The notes beneath the pieces are model-generated. The model did no database searches and was not told the origin of the DNA. It saw only the letters and a program-made list of their open reading frames with translations. Shown piece by piece: positions 8,258-9,245 of a DNA stretch of 9,245 nucleotides. The position numbers and the translations under genes were made by a program. Numbering within the stretch: the first letter of the stretch is position 1; each line of letters opens with the position of its first letter. Origin of the DNA: Azolla caroliniana (lineage: Eukaryota > Plantae > Polypodiophyta); contig JBHGNT010001379.1 of assembly GCA_043228905.1 (NCBI GenBank), forward strand, positions 1 through 9,245, in the 5' to 3' direction.

Positions 8258-9245
8258 CCACATCTTGACTGGAGACTTTGGCAGTTCGGTCGGCGTGGCA
8301 ACGTGAGACTGAAAGAGAAGGGAGATGGTGGGGATCAACAGCAATAGGGAGAAACAAAAGAGGTTGTTGACTGAAGTATGGGTCCTCCACACTCATTCCC
8401 GAGACTTAGGCGGTTGCGTTCGAGAACCAACGGAAGACCTAAGAGACGGAAAGTGGCGGCGAGGACGCGGAGGTCACATCCAATACAACCGATCTGGAAG
8501 CAGTGAAATGAACACCGGTCCTATGGTTCACCTCACACCGGGCTAGAGACTCTGGCGGTCGGCATCGGATCTGATGTAAGACCAAGATACTGACAGTGGC
8601 GACAAGAGAACATGAGCCGGCAATGCAGAGAGACGGGCGAAGCGGACTTCCGGATAATCAATCCGGAAGGGAGGAAGAAGCGGGCCTACGGAGTGGCCGG
8701 AACATGGTACATCAGTACCACGGGAGAGGGTGTGGAGCGAGCCACCCTCTCGACACGCGAAGAAGGAAGAACCATGGTAAGGGTACGAAATACAACAAGC
8801 TCGAGGAGGATCCTTCACATCGGTTCTAGAGACTCCGACGGTCGGCCCGAGAGCTGGCGTGAGACCTAGAGTGATGAACGGTGGCGGCGAGGGGACAAAG
8901 GCAAAGGGTTGCTGAAGGGCGGTCTACGGATACACTCACACCGATCCGACGGTCGGCCCGAGAGCCAGCGTGAGTCCTATAGGAGAGAACGGTGGCGATA
9001 GGTGAACGTGACCAGGACAAGAGGCCGACACGTAGCTCGAGACTATGGCGAGAGGAAAACGGCAAGTGGTGCTACTGTGACCTTACACACACTGGTTTTA
9101 GAGACTCCGGTGGTGGGCCCGAGAGTTGACGTGAGACCTAGAGTAGCGAACGGCGTCGGCGGCAAGGCGGGCAACGAAAGACGGCAAATGGGAGGTCCCA
9201 CGAAGACACTCACACCGATCTGGAGACTCCGGCATCCGGCAATAG
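8258..9245 (+). repeat. Degenerate tandem repeat array, ~275-bp period made of two related ~120-150 bp subunits
   Basis: Core CACAC...TAGAGACTCCGRCGGTCGGCCCGAGAG..GCGTGAGACCTAGAG...GAACGGTGGCG. GAGACT anchors at 8272, 8401, 8546, 8829, (8946, anchor deleted), 9101 and 9223. Spacings 8272-8546-8829-9101 are 274, 283 and 272. Confidence 0.88.

Larger units (their letters stand above)
6548..9245 (+). mobile_element. 5' portion of a tRNA-Trp-primed LTR retrotransposon (likely non-chromovirus Ty3/Gypsy, or a non-autonomous derivative); continues beyond the window
   Basis: LTR + PBS + long GC/purine-rich internal region with tandem repeats. No gag or pol motif is visible inside the window, so the superfamily is an inference. 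Confidence 0.65.

Noticed and set aside
8258-9245. CRISPR-like array, including GTTTTAGAG (9095-9103) resembling the Cas9 repeat start
   Set aside because: Repeats are degenerate, the intervening sequences are long and partly homologous, no cas genes are present, and the context is eukaryotic. The 9-mer occurs in one copy only.
4329-9245. Hammerhead ribozyme/retrozyme core in the LTRs or repeat array
   Set aside because: By eye I found only partial matches (TTGATGAG 4506, CTGATGT 8571, GTGATGA 8871) without the paired GAAA core and stems. An Infernal scan would be definitive.

Overview
Eukaryotic (land-plant-type) heterochromatic retrotransposon nest with no intact host gene. A decayed Ty1/Copia element on the - strand (about 2731-6547: GAG-pre-integrase, integrase, RT, RNase H, PPT, start of its 3' LTR) is the host. 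It carries three insertions, all on the + strand. (1) The 3' part of a decayed Ty3/Gypsy chromovirus (RT-RNaseH-INT-chromodomain-PPT-3'LTR, 1-~2730), apparently sitting in the Copia 3' LTR. (2) A 662-bp solo LTR (4329-4990) with a perfect CTTTG target-site duplication splitting the Copia RT. (3) The 5' end of a further LTR element (LTR ~6548-7670) with a tRNA-Trp-type primer-binding site, followed by >1.5 kb with no recognisable gag but a dimeric ~275-bp tandem repeat and a hairpin cluster. The most unusual signals are a run of six consecutive dyads, two of them covarying, in the Gypsy LTR U3, the Trp-primed element's possibly once-coding repeat array, and an ambiguous tail-to-tail LTR junction with a PPT on each side. 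Family assignments come from recalled motifs, not from database searches.
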